This document shows positions 7,395 through 16,446 of a stretch of DNA of 27,859 nt, piece after piece. The notes below the pieces were generated by a model. That model was not told the DNA's origin, made no database searches, and saw only the letters and a program-made list of their open reading frames with translations. This DNA is from a virus (Duplodnaviria > Caudoviricetes): positions 1 through 27,859 of the IMG/VR virus record IMGVR_UViG_3300033433_000028. One strand, given 5' to 3'. Position 1 is the first letter of the stretch. Each line of letters starts with the position of its first letter. The position numbers and the translations under genes are program-made.

Positions 7395-7428
7395 GCCGTG
7401 TCCTCTTTGTCGGGGACGCGGCTTTTTT
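7395..7428 (+). terminator. Intrinsic terminator-like hairpin directly upstream of terS
   Basis: GCCGTGTCCTC/GGGGACGCGGC 11-bp stem (two G-U pairs) followed by TTTTTT. Confidence 0.65.
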
Positions 7429-7439
7429 ACAGGAAAACC

Positions 7440-8081
7440 ATGGAAAACCAAGAAAACACGCCGAAAAAAGATCAAATCCCCGAAGAAATTATTGTTTTAT
7501 CCCCGAAAAGAGAGCGTTTTTGCCAGGAATATATCATTGATTTGAACGGCAAACAAGCCGCGATACGTTCCGGGTATTCTGAAAAATCTGCCGAAGTAAC
7601 CGCATCAAGACTGTTAAGCGATGTTAAGGTCAAAGCCAGAATCGCTCAATTGATGGCCGAACGCGCAAAGCGCTGCGAAGTAAAACAAGATGATGTCATC
7701 GCCGAGTTAAAGCGTCTCGGCTTTTCCGATATGCGGAATCTCGCCGAATGGAATAGCGTTCTTGTAAAACTCAAGGATTCTTCGGAAATATCCGATTCGG
7801 ACGCCGCCTGTGTCGAAAGCGTTTCTCAAACCGTTTCAAAAGATGGCGGATCACTTTCCATAAAGCTGCATTCAAAAACGAAGGCGCTCGAATTGCTTAC
7901 CCGGCACCTCGGCATGTTGCACGATAAAATCGACCACACCACCAAGGGCAAGGAACTCGCGCAGCCGCCGGTTTTTCAAATAATCGACGACAAAACAAAG
8001 GCGCAGTGTGAGCAGCTCATCGCCGGAGGCGGGCGCGAATCAGAAGCGCCATTAACAGCGGCGCCGCCCGATGGAAAATGA
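7440..8081 (+). CDS. terS: Terminase small subunit
   Basis: RFCQEYIIDLNGKQAAIRSGYSEKSAEVTASRLL and KTKALELLTRHLGM motifs; AGGA RBS before ATG 7440. Confidence 0.93.
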   Translation: MENQENTPKKDQIPEEIIVLSPKRERFCQEYIIDLNGKQAAIRSGYSEKSAEVTASRLLSDVKVKARIAQLMAERAKRCEVKQDDVIAELKRLGFSDMRNLAEWNSVLVKLKDSSEISDSDAACVESVSQTVSKDGGSLSIKLHSKTKALELLTRHLGMLHDKIDHTTKGKELAQPPVFQIIDDKTKAQCEQLIAGGGRESEAPLTAAPPDGK

Positions 8082-9262
8082 TAACCAAAACAACTAACGT
8101 TTTCACACGGAACCTTGATGCTTACCTCAATAAAAAAATCCGCCGCGCAATCAACCAGGGCGGCACGTCAAGCTCGAAGACCTTCTCGATCATTCAGCTT
8201 CTTATTTTCATCGCCGAATACGCAAAACGCGCAATCATCATTTCCGTCGTTTCCGAATCCGTTCCGCATCTTAAGCGCGGCTGCCTGCGGGATTTCAGAG
8301 CGATCATGGGCGAGCGGTTCGAGGAAAAGCGATGGAACAAAACAGACTCGATTTACACCTTTCCGAACGGAACACAATTTGAATTTTTCAGCGCGGATAA
8401 TTCCGCGAAGTGCCGGGGCGGCCGCCGCGACATTCTTTTCATTAACGAGTGCAACAACCTCTCGTATGATACATATATGGAGCTTGATATCCGGACACGG
8501 CTTTTCACGTTCCTCGATTTCAACCCGGTCGCCGAATTCTGGTGTCACGAGCAGGTCATCCCTTACGAAGAAAATGCTTTCATTCATTCGACATATCTTG
8601 ATGCACTTCATGTCCTCGAACCAGCGGTCGTCAAGAATATCGAATCTAATAAAGACAAGGACCCGAACTGGTGGAACGTCTACGGCTTGGGAAACGTCGG
8701 AAAGATCGAGGGCCTCGTCTATCCATTCTTCACGATCATTGACCAGTTTCCGACGCTTTCCAGCAATATCGAAGTATTCGGTCTCGATTTCGGTTTCTCG
8801 GTGGACCCCACGGCGCTCGTTAAAAATTGGATACGCGAAAAGAACCTATACTCCGAGGAACTCATCTATCAACGGGGCATGGACAACAATCAAATCAGCG
8901 TCAAGATGCAAGAACTCGGCATGCGGAAATCTCACGACGTTATCGTCGCCGACAATTCCGAACCGAAAAGTATTTCCGAGGTCGCCGGGTATGGATGGAA
9001 TATCATCGGCGTCGAAAAGAAGCCCGGAAGCGTCGAGTTCGGACATCAGAAAGTCAATCAGTACAAGCAGTATTGGCTAAAGTCAAGCACGAACTGTATA
9101 AAAGAGCAGCGGAATTTTATGTACATCAAAGATAAAAACGGCAAGTTGACAGAAAAGACGACCCATTATTTCAGCCACGGCATGGACGCGCGGCGATATG
9201 CAATCCAGGGCCTGGGGAATGTAACCGGATACAACCTTTCCGCGATGGGATCACTCGATTAA
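8078..9262 (+). CDS. terL: Terminase large subunit, PBSX family
   Basis: Walker A variant QGGTSSSKT, Walker B ILFINE, nuclease motifs GLDFGFSVDP and HGMDARRY. Confidence 0.95.
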   Translation: MITKTTNVFTRNLDAYLNKKIRRAINQGGTSSSKTFSIIQLLIFIAEYAKRAIIISVVSESVPHLKRGCLRDFRAIMGERFEEKRWNKTDSIYTFPNGTQFEFFSADNSAKCRGGRRDILFINECNNLSYDTYMELDIRTRLFTFLDFNPVAEFWCHEQVIPYEENAFIHSTYLDALHVLEPAVVKNIESNKDKDPNWWNVYGLGNVGKIEGLVYPFFTIIDQFPTLSSNIEVFGLDFGFSVDPTALVKNWIREKNLYSEELIYQRGMDNNQISVKMQELGMRKSHDVIVADNSEPKSISEVAGYGWNIIGVEKKPGSVEFGHQKVNQYKQYWLKSSTNCIKEQRNFMYIKDKNGKLTEKTTHYFSHGMDARRYAIQGLGNVTGYNLSAMGSLD

Positions 9263-9274
9263 AAAGGAATTTAT

Positions 9275-10819
9275 ATGGCAAAAAAAATTGAAAACAAAAC
9301 AATGCTCGATGGATGGGGGAACGTGATAACGGGCCTCGGAGTCAAGGGGCGCGACCGCAAGGAAGACACTATGTTTTCCTCAGAGTTTCGCCTTTCTGAA
9401 ATGATATGCCGCAATCTGTTCACGTACTCGGGCCTTGGCCGCCGTATCTGCGAAATGCCGGTTGCAGACGCTTTCCGGAAATGGTTTACCATTGAAGGAG
9501 ACACGGACAACACGATTCAGAACGAAGTCAAGCGCCTTGCGGTCAAACAGGAATTGACTCGCGCCTGGGCATGGTCGCGTTGCTATGGCGGAGCGTTGAT
9601 TGTGGTATCTGCGAACGATGGGCGATTTCTCGACGAACCTCTCGACGAAGCAAGTATTAGGGATATCGAAAAGCTTCGGGTGTACCACAGATGGCGGACC
9701 TCCCGCATGTCATACTATCTCGATCCGGACGATCCGAAATACGGAGAAACCGAATGTTTCATGATCGCGCCGAATCAACCGTTTCAAACTTCGTTTTCCG
9801 TTCACGAATCGCGTTGCCTCATTTTCGACGGCGTGGACGTTGCGCCGGAAATTCGTATCGGGAATCAGTGGTGGGGCGACTCTGTTTTCCAGGCGATATA
9901 CCAGCGCCTCCGCGGCCTTGGTGAGAGCTATTTGAACGTCGAGCATATTATCGGGGAATTTTTGTTGATGATCATGAAAATCAAGGGGCTTTCTCAAAAA
10001 CTCGCCGAGAAAAAAGAGGACGAGGTTGTCAATCGCATCATGATGAACAATCTTACGCGCCACCTCATGGGGGGTTATGCCATCGACGCCGACGGCGAGG
10101 ACGCGACCAGGATAAGTGCGACGACAACCGGCCTGCGGGACCTCATGGAAGTGCTCATGATGGGCCTCTCCGCCGACGTGCAAATCCCCATCAGAAAGCT
10201 ATTCGGTTCACCGATCCAGGCAGCCGGACTTGGCAAGGATGGCGACCAGGAAACGAACGATTATAACGAGTGGGTCATCGGCCAGCGCGACAAACACGCG
10301 CAGAACCCGACCGAACGACTCGTCAAACTCCTCATGCTGCAAAAGGCCGGGCCGTTCCACGGGAAAGAACTGCCGAACTGGAAAATAATGTGGAACGCAA
10401 TCCAGGAGGATTCACTATCTACGCAACTCGATAATAAGAAAAAGCAATCGGAAATCGACCGCACTCATTGGGAAATGGGAGTCATGGATGAAAATGAAAT
10501 CCGGAAAAACCGCTTCGGCGGCGACTCGTATTCTCACGATACGGTTTTGAAAGGGAAGGCGCCGGGGAAGACGAGCGAGGAAGATGATCCGGGTGCGGTG
10601 ACCCACGGGGATTCCCTGGATGATGAACAAAAAGCCGCCATGGAGCACGAAAACAAGCTCGGCGCGGGGGCGGAGAAAAGGAAAAAACTTCCTGCGCATA
10701 AGCGCGGATCGGTTGTCATGGCTGAATTTGAAAGGGGCACCCTACACTCAGGCAACGGCGCAATAGTGACGAGTAGGGAACAGGCGATTGCGATAGCGGC
10801 AAACGAAAGCAAGGATTGA
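9275..10819 (+). CDS. Portal protein (DUF1073-like) with C-terminal DUF6496-like extension
   Basis: Follows terL; DGWGNVITGLG, WSRCYGGA, VHESR and IPIRKLFG motifs. Confidence 0.88.
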   Translation: MAKKIENKTMLDGWGNVITGLGVKGRDRKEDTMFSSEFRLSEMICRNLFTYSGLGRRICEMPVADAFRKWFTIEGDTDNTIQNEVKRLAVKQELTRAWAWSRCYGGALIVVSANDGRFLDEPLDEASIRDIEKLRVYHRWRTSRMSYYLDPDDPKYGETECFMIAPNQPFQTSFSVHESRCLIFDGVDVAPEIRIGNQWWGDSVFQAIYQRLRGLGESYLNVEHIIGEFLLMIMKIKGLSQKLAEKKEDEVVNRIMMNNLTRHLMGGYAIDADGEDATRISATTTGLRDLMEVLMMGLSADVQIPIRKLFGSPIQAAGLGKDGDQETNDYNEWVIGQRDKHAQNPTERLVKLLMLQKAGPFHGKELPNWKIMWNAIQEDSLSTQLDNKKKQSEIDRTHWEMGVMDENEIRKNRFGGDSYSHDTVLKGKAPGKTSEEDDPGAVTHGDSLDDEQKAAMEHENKLGAGAEKRKKLPAHKRGSVVMAEFERGTLHSGNGAIVTSREQAIAIAANESKD

Positions 10820-10845
10820 TTTAACCCACAATACGGAGGTATTCA

Positions 10846-11154
10846 GTGGAAGCGGAAAAGAAAGTTCTCGTCGGTGAAATCCCGAAGCCGCCGGTCGGTA
10901 GGCTGGAGGCTGGAAGCGAAATCCCGATGCCGAAAGGCAAGGGCAAGATGGTTTTCGTTTCTTGCAGCGCGCCCTTTGATTTCGAGGGCAAGCGGGTCCG
11001 GCGCGTAGCGCGGCTTGATAGCAAAGAGCGTGCCTACAAAAAGCGAATCATGGCCGAGAAAGGATTCAACGGAAAGCAGTTTCGAAAGTGGGTCAAGGAG
11101 ATGCGCCGGAAGGACGCCGCGAAGGCGACAACTCAAACGGAGGTAAAAGAATGA
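10846..11154 (+). CDS. Hypothetical basic protein
   Basis: GGAGG RBS before the GTG start; 102 aa. Confidence 0.65.
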   Translation: MEAEKKVLVGEIPKPPVGRLEAGSEIPMPKGKGKMVFVSCSAPFDFEGKRVRRVARLDSKERAYKKRIMAEKGFNGKQFRKWVKEMRRKDAAKATTQTEVKE

Positions 11155-11465
11155 ACGGAATGCAAAATGACTTGCCGATGGCGACACGGGACGCGATTGA
11201 TACAACAGAAACCGCTCTGCCCGAAACGCCAAAAGGTGGAAGTGGAAAAAGGATTTCGCCCGAAGAATTCAAAGACCCAGAAGCAAGATACATAGCGCAG
11301 ATTGCCAATTGCGTAGACGACCTTTATGAAAAATTCCGCACGCTTCAAACCCGTTGCAATAGCGTCCTTGCCATGCAGGCGCAGATCGAGGCGCTGTTGA
11401 ACGAATTGAAAATCAGGATGCGCGGAAAAAAATCGGAACCGAAAAAAGCGCGGGCGAAGAAGTGA
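11151..11465 (+). CDS. Hypothetical coiled-coil protein (104 aa)
   Basis: GGAGG RBS and ATGA overlap favour start 11151. Confidence 0.65.
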   Translation: MNGMQNDLPMATRDAIDTTETALPETPKGGSGKRISPEEFKDPEARYIAQIANCVDDLYEKFRTLQTRCNSVLAMQAQIEALLNELKIRMRGKKSEPKKARAKK

Positions 11466-12418
11466 ACTCCCTCGACCTCCATTCCCTCCGCCGCAAGCGC
11501 CCTCCAAAGCGCTTTCCCCGCACGCAGGTGATGCGGCTGCCATCCCGCGTATGGAGCGACTACGGAGCCGCCATCAAAGAACGGATCATCGATAAGTGGC
11601 GCGAAGCAACGCAGCGCATTATTATCGACCGGCTGCCAGCAATCGAACGCATGGTTGAATTCGAAAGGCCCGGCCCCATGCGAGCGGACGCTTGGCCGGA
11701 TGAAATGGGCCACCAGCTCGTTGAACTCAATTCTGAATACGATGCGCTTGCGAAACAGTCGGCGGATATCGCCGCCGGAACATTCAACGCCGTGAATGGC
11801 GTATCCCATCAACAATGGTACGCCGTGGCCAAGCGCGTCATGGGTGTCGATCTTTTTTCGTTCGAGCCATGGCTGGAATCAGAGTCAAAGGCGTTCATCC
11901 ACCTCAATACGGACCTCATCACGAAAATAAAAAGTGAAGTCCAATCCGACGTTTCCCGCGTTGTCATGGGCGGCTTCCGGGAAGGGAAGCGCCACGAGAC
12001 GATTGCCAAGGAGCTGCTAAGCGGAACCGACCTCGAACCGGGCGTGTTCAACAAGGCCGAAACACGTGCGGAGCTGGTCGCCCGCGATCAAACAATGAAA
12101 CTCTACGGCGACCTCGCGCAAAAGCGGCAGGAAGGCGCGGGACTCACACTTTACATCTGGCGAACACTTGAAGACGAGCGCGTCGTCGGCAATCCGGACG
12201 GGAAATATCCGAAAGGCTCGCCCGGCCATCACGATCATTTTGTCATGGATGGCAAAGTCTGCAAATGGAATGACCCGACCGTGTACGCAAATACTGTCGA
12301 ACGAGCAATTGCGGGGGATTGGATTAAAAGAAATAAAAGTATGCCGCAAGTCCACCCAGGCGTCGAGATTCAAGACCGGTGTTATGCGGAGCCTGTTTTT
12401 CAAACGTTGTTTCAATAG
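11462..12418 (+). CDS. Minor head morphogenesis protein (Mu gpF / SPP1 gp7 family)
   Basis: RAELVARDQ, YIWRTLEDERV and HPG...RCYAEP motifs; position after the portal. Confidence 0.9.
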   Translation: MNSLDLHSLRRKRPPKRFPRTQVMRLPSRVWSDYGAAIKERIIDKWREATQRIIIDRLPAIERMVEFERPGPMRADAWPDEMGHQLVELNSEYDALAKQSADIAAGTFNAVNGVSHQQWYAVAKRVMGVDLFSFEPWLESESKAFIHLNTDLITKIKSEVQSDVSRVVMGGFREGKRHETIAKELLSGTDLEPGVFNKAETRAELVARDQTMKLYGDLAQKRQEGAGLTLYIWRTLEDERVVGNPDGKYPKGSPGHHDHFVMDGKVCKWNDPTVYANTVERAIAGDWIKRNKSMPQVHPGVEIQDRCYAEPVFQTLFQ

Positions 12419-12423
12419 CTATT

Positions 12424-13890
12424 ATGTCAATACCTAAAATTCACCATATGCTCTGGACAAGCAATAACGACTTCGTGCCAAAGTTTCACGATTTCCGCCT
12501 ATCTTGGATGCGGAACAATCCGGAGTGGAATTTCAAGCTATGGCGGCTTAAAGATTTGCCGTACGATCAATTTCCCGGAAAATGCAACGAGCTTTTATTT
12601 TCCGAAAAGCTTCATTGGGTTTTAAAATCCGACATTGCCCGCTGGCTTATCATTTGGCTTTATGGCGGCGTATACTCGGACACGGATGTCGAATGCCTTA
12701 AGCCAATGGACCGCTTTCTCGATGATAAGGCCTTTTGTGCACATAGCATTACTCCGAATATCGTGGGCAATGCCGTTTTCGGCGGCATATCCGGATATCA
12801 GCTTTTTCTCGATATCGCCTGCGCGGAAGCCGAAAAAATAAGCAGCAACATTGAGGGCGCAAACAAAACTATCGTTGATTATGGTGTCAACCTCGCCGGG
12901 AAAATGCTTTTACAATGTGAAAAGATTTATCCGGCAGAATACTTTTATCCGGTTTCCTGGGGACAACGCAGAGAGGGACGGGCAAGGCCCGCAAGCGACT
13001 ACCCCGACGCTTATTGTATGCACCATTGGAGCGGCATGGATGAAGACGGCTGGTACTCCGAAACGATAGGGGCGGGAAGGCGCGTGCGTAGTATTCGGCA
13101 ACAAGCTGAGCCGGCGGCGACTTACGTGTTTTACGGGAAAAATACCCCGCAGGCCATGAAAAAAGTTCCCGAAAGCAGGCGCGCGGTTTCTTGTCGTCGA
13201 TTAGTCGCAATGGAAGAGCCAAAGCCAATATTGGGCGGAGCGATAATTCCGAAGATTATTCATCGGATATGGATAGGCGGAAAACCTATTGACGAAAAAA
13301 CGGAAAAATACATTGAATCTCAAAAGGTAATTTGCCGCGACTATCATCATTTTTTATGGACAGATGAAAAAATAAAAGAGATTCATGAATTTATTTATCC
13401 CTCGTCCTTGCAAATGCTAAATGACGACAGATTGAACCCCGTGATAGGGTCCGATATTCTCCGCTATGAATTGTTGCGTCTTTTCGGGGGAATCTATCTT
13501 GATACCGATGTTGAAATATTAAAGTCGTTCGACGAGTTTCTAGTCATGCCTTTCTTTTGCGGCATGGAAAGCAAGGATAAAATAGGCTCGGCGATACTTG
13601 GATCAATACCATATTACCCCGTGTGCTCTGAAATGTCGAAAAAGATTTATGCCAATTATCTTGACAGGGGAATTCCAAAAAACTCTTATCAACAACTGAT
13701 TTTTGGAGGGCCGTATCTGCTTACCGATATCATAAAAAACCATCCGTCGATTCGCCCATTTCCCCATGAATATTTTTATCATAGCAATAAACCGGCTGAA
13801 AATATAACGCTTCATTTTTTTTACGGGGGAAAAGACAAAAACGGATGGACGCACCAACTGAGGCAACCAAATAGATTTAACCCTTTATGA
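12424..13890 (+). CDS. Double-domain DXD glycosyltransferase (GT32/OCH1-like, 488 aa)
   Basis: Two copies of IPKIxH..W...SDIxR..L...GGxYxDTDV; start reassigned to MSIPKI at 12424. Confidence 0.9.
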   Translation: MSIPKIHHMLWTSNNDFVPKFHDFRLSWMRNNPEWNFKLWRLKDLPYDQFPGKCNELLFSEKLHWVLKSDIARWLIIWLYGGVYSDTDVECLKPMDRFLDDKAFCAHSITPNIVGNAVFGGISGYQLFLDIACAEAEKISSNIEGANKTIVDYGVNLAGKMLLQCEKIYPAEYFYPVSWGQRREGRARPASDYPDAYCMHHWSGMDEDGWYSETIGAGRRVRSIRQQAEPAATYVFYGKNTPQAMKKVPESRRAVSCRRLVAMEEPKPILGGAIIPKIIHRIWIGGKPIDEKTEKYIESQKVICRDYHHFLWTDEKIKEIHEFIYPSSLQMLNDDRLNPVIGSDILRYELLRLFGGIYLDTDVEILKSFDEFLVMPFFCGMESKDKIGSAILGSIPYYPVCSEMSKKIYANYLDRGIPKNSYQQLIFGGPYLLTDIIKNHPSIRPFPHEYFYHSNKPAENITLHFFYGGKDKNGWTHQLRQPNRFNPL

Positions 13891-14645
13891 GCATTCCGAA
13901 AATCATCCATCAAGTATGGGTCGGCGATTTCTTCGACGAGCAGCTTGTTATTTACGCCTCGGAGGTATCGCTATACTGCGAGATAAATGGATATGATTAT
14001 TATTTTTGGAATTTAAATAGAAGCGGCGATGAGCTTTTCGTAAAACACGATCTTTCCTATGGACTTTGTAAAATATCCGATCTTAACAAAAACAACACTG
14101 TTTTAGAAATGATAAAAGACGAGAAATTACCCGCCGTAATCAAGGCCGATATTTTGAGATTCATGATTTTGGAAAGGCTTGGAGGATTTTATGTTGATGT
14201 CGATATGATAATCTTAAAACCCCTCGAAGGGTTTTTACAGATGGAGTATGTTTGTGGACATGAGAAATGGACGAACCTTGTTTGTACCGGATTTCTCGGT
14301 TCGCCCTCCGGGTCATTGGTCAATACCGAGGCAATATGTTCCATTGTCCATTCTTACGAAAAGGTTAAGATTGAAAACCGATACCCCGAAAACGTCGACG
14401 AAGTGATACTATTCAGCGGCCCGGCGATGTTCACGGAACTCATTAAAAAGTTTCCTTATATAGAACCGTTTCCGGTCGAAACGTTTCACGCGTGCCCGGT
14501 TCCCGAATTGAAAAAACAATTTACACTGCATTATTTCGCGGGTTCAAAAAAAGGCGGGTGGGCCGGGGATGGATGCAAGGGAAAAAAATGTTCAATATGC
14601 GAAAACAGGAAAGAATGTAGTATTATCCTTGAGGAAAGAAAATAA
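13887..14645 (+). CDS. DXD glycosyltransferase (GT32/OCH1-like) with Cys-rich tail
   Basis: MSIPKIIHQVW, KADILR, GGFYVDVD and SGP motifs; C-terminal CxxxxCxxCxxxxxC. Confidence 0.88.
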   Translation: MSIPKIIHQVWVGDFFDEQLVIYASEVSLYCEINGYDYYFWNLNRSGDELFVKHDLSYGLCKISDLNKNNTVLEMIKDEKLPAVIKADILRFMILERLGGFYVDVDMIILKPLEGFLQMEYVCGHEKWTNLVCTGFLGSPSGSLVNTEAICSIVHSYEKVKIENRYPENVDEVILFSGPAMFTELIKKFPYIEPFPVETFHACPVPELKKQFTLHYFAGSKKGGWAGDGCKGKKCSICENRKECSIILEERK

Positions 14646-15574
14646 TGGAAACGATATTACCCGTTAAAAATATAAAAACATTATGGATAACCCTTTCGAA
14701 TCGATGCAACCATCGGTGCGCCTTTTGTTACCAGACGGACTTTGAGGCGATTCTATCGAAAATAGTTTTTAAAAATATAGAACCGATTTATCCGACGATT
14801 TCCAATTGTCTTTTACAGGGAGGCGAAGTCACCGTTTTGGGGATGACGCGCCCATTCTGCGATGAAATACTTTCCGTTAACAAATCGGTAAAGTTTGACA
14901 TTGTGACAAACGGCCATGAATTCGGCGAGGAATGGCAATCGTTTTTTATCGAACATGGCCGGGCGGTCCATTTTTCAATCAACGCCTCGAAAGACTACAC
15001 CTATCAGAAAATAACCCGCGGCGGAAATTGGGAAAGACTTCTGAGCAATATTTGGTCAATGGTTGAATTGAAAAAAGAGAGCGGATTATCGGAGCCCATT
15101 ATACGGGCGAGCATGGTCGTCACCGACGACAACGTGGAGGAAATCTACGAATTTGCCAGAATGTGCGAATTTATGGGTTTAGATGCTTGTAATATTACCT
15201 ATGATTGTGCGCATTTTCCTAAAAATGCGGAGCGCGTGATCGCCGAAGCGACCAAACTGCAAGATGTTAAAATCGTTCATCCCTCGTGGCCAAGCGCTCT
15301 ATTAAGCCGGGCGCGCGGAATTCCGACGCGACGAGAAAGACAAATGCACAACAACGAATTTATTTGCCAAAACGCTTTTGAAAGCCTCATGGTCGATATA
15401 GATGGGCGCGCCCGCTTTTGCTGCCTTATGGACACCCGCATTGGCGATCTTTCGATAAACACAATCGAGGAGGTATGGAATAGCGAAGAGGCTCAAAGAA
15501 TTCGCCGCTGCTTTACTGAAAATAAATACCGGGAAGCCGGTTGCGTCGTTGAGCGGTGCATGGCATTTAACTAA
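14645..15574 (+). CDS. Radical SAM protein with SPASM/twitch-like domain
   Basis: CNHRCAFC, QGGE and TNG motifs; C-terminal C...FCC...IGDL...IEEVWNS...C...C. Confidence 0.9.
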   Translation: METILPVKNIKTLWITLSNRCNHRCAFCYQTDFEAILSKIVFKNIEPIYPTISNCLLQGGEVTVLGMTRPFCDEILSVNKSVKFDIVTNGHEFGEEWQSFFIEHGRAVHFSINASKDYTYQKITRGGNWERLLSNIWSMVELKKESGLSEPIIRASMVVTDDNVEEIYEFARMCEFMGLDACNITYDCAHFPKNAERVIAEATKLQDVKIVHPSWPSALLSRARGIPTRRERQMHNNEFICQNAFESLMVDIDGRARFCCLMDTRIGDLSINTIEEVWNSEEAQRIRRCFTENKYREAGCVVERCMAFN

Positions 15575-15582
15575 GGAGAATT

Positions 15583-16122
15583 ATGGAAGGAATTGAAAAA
15601 TTAATAGAGGTAATAAGTCAGGGGTCACCCGCTTGGTTTATGTCATGTAAAGAAAGGATCTTGCTCGTTAGTCTTTTGCATATTTTAAAGCCGAAAGTTG
15701 TCATTGAGCTCGGCGTATTGAATGGGGGCTTTACAAAGCATATCGCGGAAATAGCCGATGAAATTTATTGCGTCGACGTGAATAAAATTGAGGGACTTCC
15801 CGAGAATGTGAAATCTTTTACAATGCTGACCGACACCTTTTTCGAACAGCACCCCGATTTAAAAGCCGATATGATAATCGTAGATGCGGGACACCAAGAA
15901 GAATTTGCTTATCGGGATATGAAAAACAGCATTAATAGAGGGAGGGTGATTTTGATGCACGATACCGGTACCGCCTTTACGCGCCGGGGATACGCCAAGG
16001 CCATTCAGGAAAATATTGATAACATAGTTTATTATGATCTCGACTTCATTGAAAAGCAGGAATTCGAGACGAAGCAGTCGGTTGAGATTTGGGGCGGTAT
16101 CGGGATAGTGATAAAAAAATGA
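15583..16122 (+). CDS. Class I SAM-dependent methyltransferase (Methyltransf_24-like)
   Basis: VIELGVLNGG, IIVDAGH and ILMHDT motifs; AAGGAG RBS. Confidence 0.85.
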   Translation: MEGIEKLIEVISQGSPAWFMSCKERILLVSLLHILKPKVVIELGVLNGGFTKHIAEIADEIYCVDVNKIEGLPENVKSFTMLTDTFFEQHPDLKADMIIVDAGHQEEFAYRDMKNSINRGRVILMHDTGTAFTRRGYAKAIQENIDNIVYYDLDFIEKQEFETKQSVEIWGGIGIVIKK

Positions 16123-16322
16123 AAGCAATCGACGCCACTGAAACAATCGGTCGAATGCTGAAAAAAGTCGTCGACGAAAACCGGCATACTGGCGACATCA
16201 ATGTGTCGATGAGCTGCAACCAAGGCGGCATTCGCTCGGTTAAAATTGAGGTCATAGAAACCCGGATATCATCGTTCGAATTTGAAACACAAAAAAAAGA
16301 TATTGACAATGGTTCGAAATAA
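16119..16322 (+). CDS. Small hypothetical protein (67 aa)
   Basis: ATGA coupling to the methyltransferase stop codon. Confidence 0.6.
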   Translation: MKAIDATETIGRMLKKVVDENRHTGDINVSMSCNQGGIRSVKIEVIETRISSFEFETQKKDIDNGSK

Positions 16323-16331
16323 TCGTATATT
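16303..16331 (+). promoter_or_regulatory. Sigma70-type promoter
   Basis: TTGACA (16303-16308), 17-bp spacer, TATATT (16326-16331), with an A-tract upstream. Confidence 0.7.
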
Positions 16332-16384
16332 ATGCGAGTAAAGACATTCCCGGTTTCTTTTTGACCGCAATTGTGCGTTCTCAT

Positions 16385-16430
16385 AAAGCCCGGTTCTCTG
16401 CCTAACGGCGGGGGATCGGGCTTTTTTATT
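16385..16430 (+). terminator. Long intrinsic terminator-like hairpin upstream of the protease gene
   Basis: 18-bp stem AAAGCCCGGTTCTCTGCC/GGCGGGGGATCGGGCTTT with four G-U pairs, a TAAC loop and a T-tract. Confidence 0.75.
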
Positions 16431-16446
16431 TGTCTCGCGAGGTTTT

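Noticed and set aside
8115-9080. 321-aa alternative-frame ORF inside terL
   Set aside because: Ser/Arg-rich off-frame translation with no RBS or domain; terL accounts for the region.
9275-10819. Calling the portal an anti-CBASS Acb1 nuclease
   Set aside because: DUF1073 portals are sometimes labelled that way, but no 2H phosphoesterase HxT motif pair is evident here.
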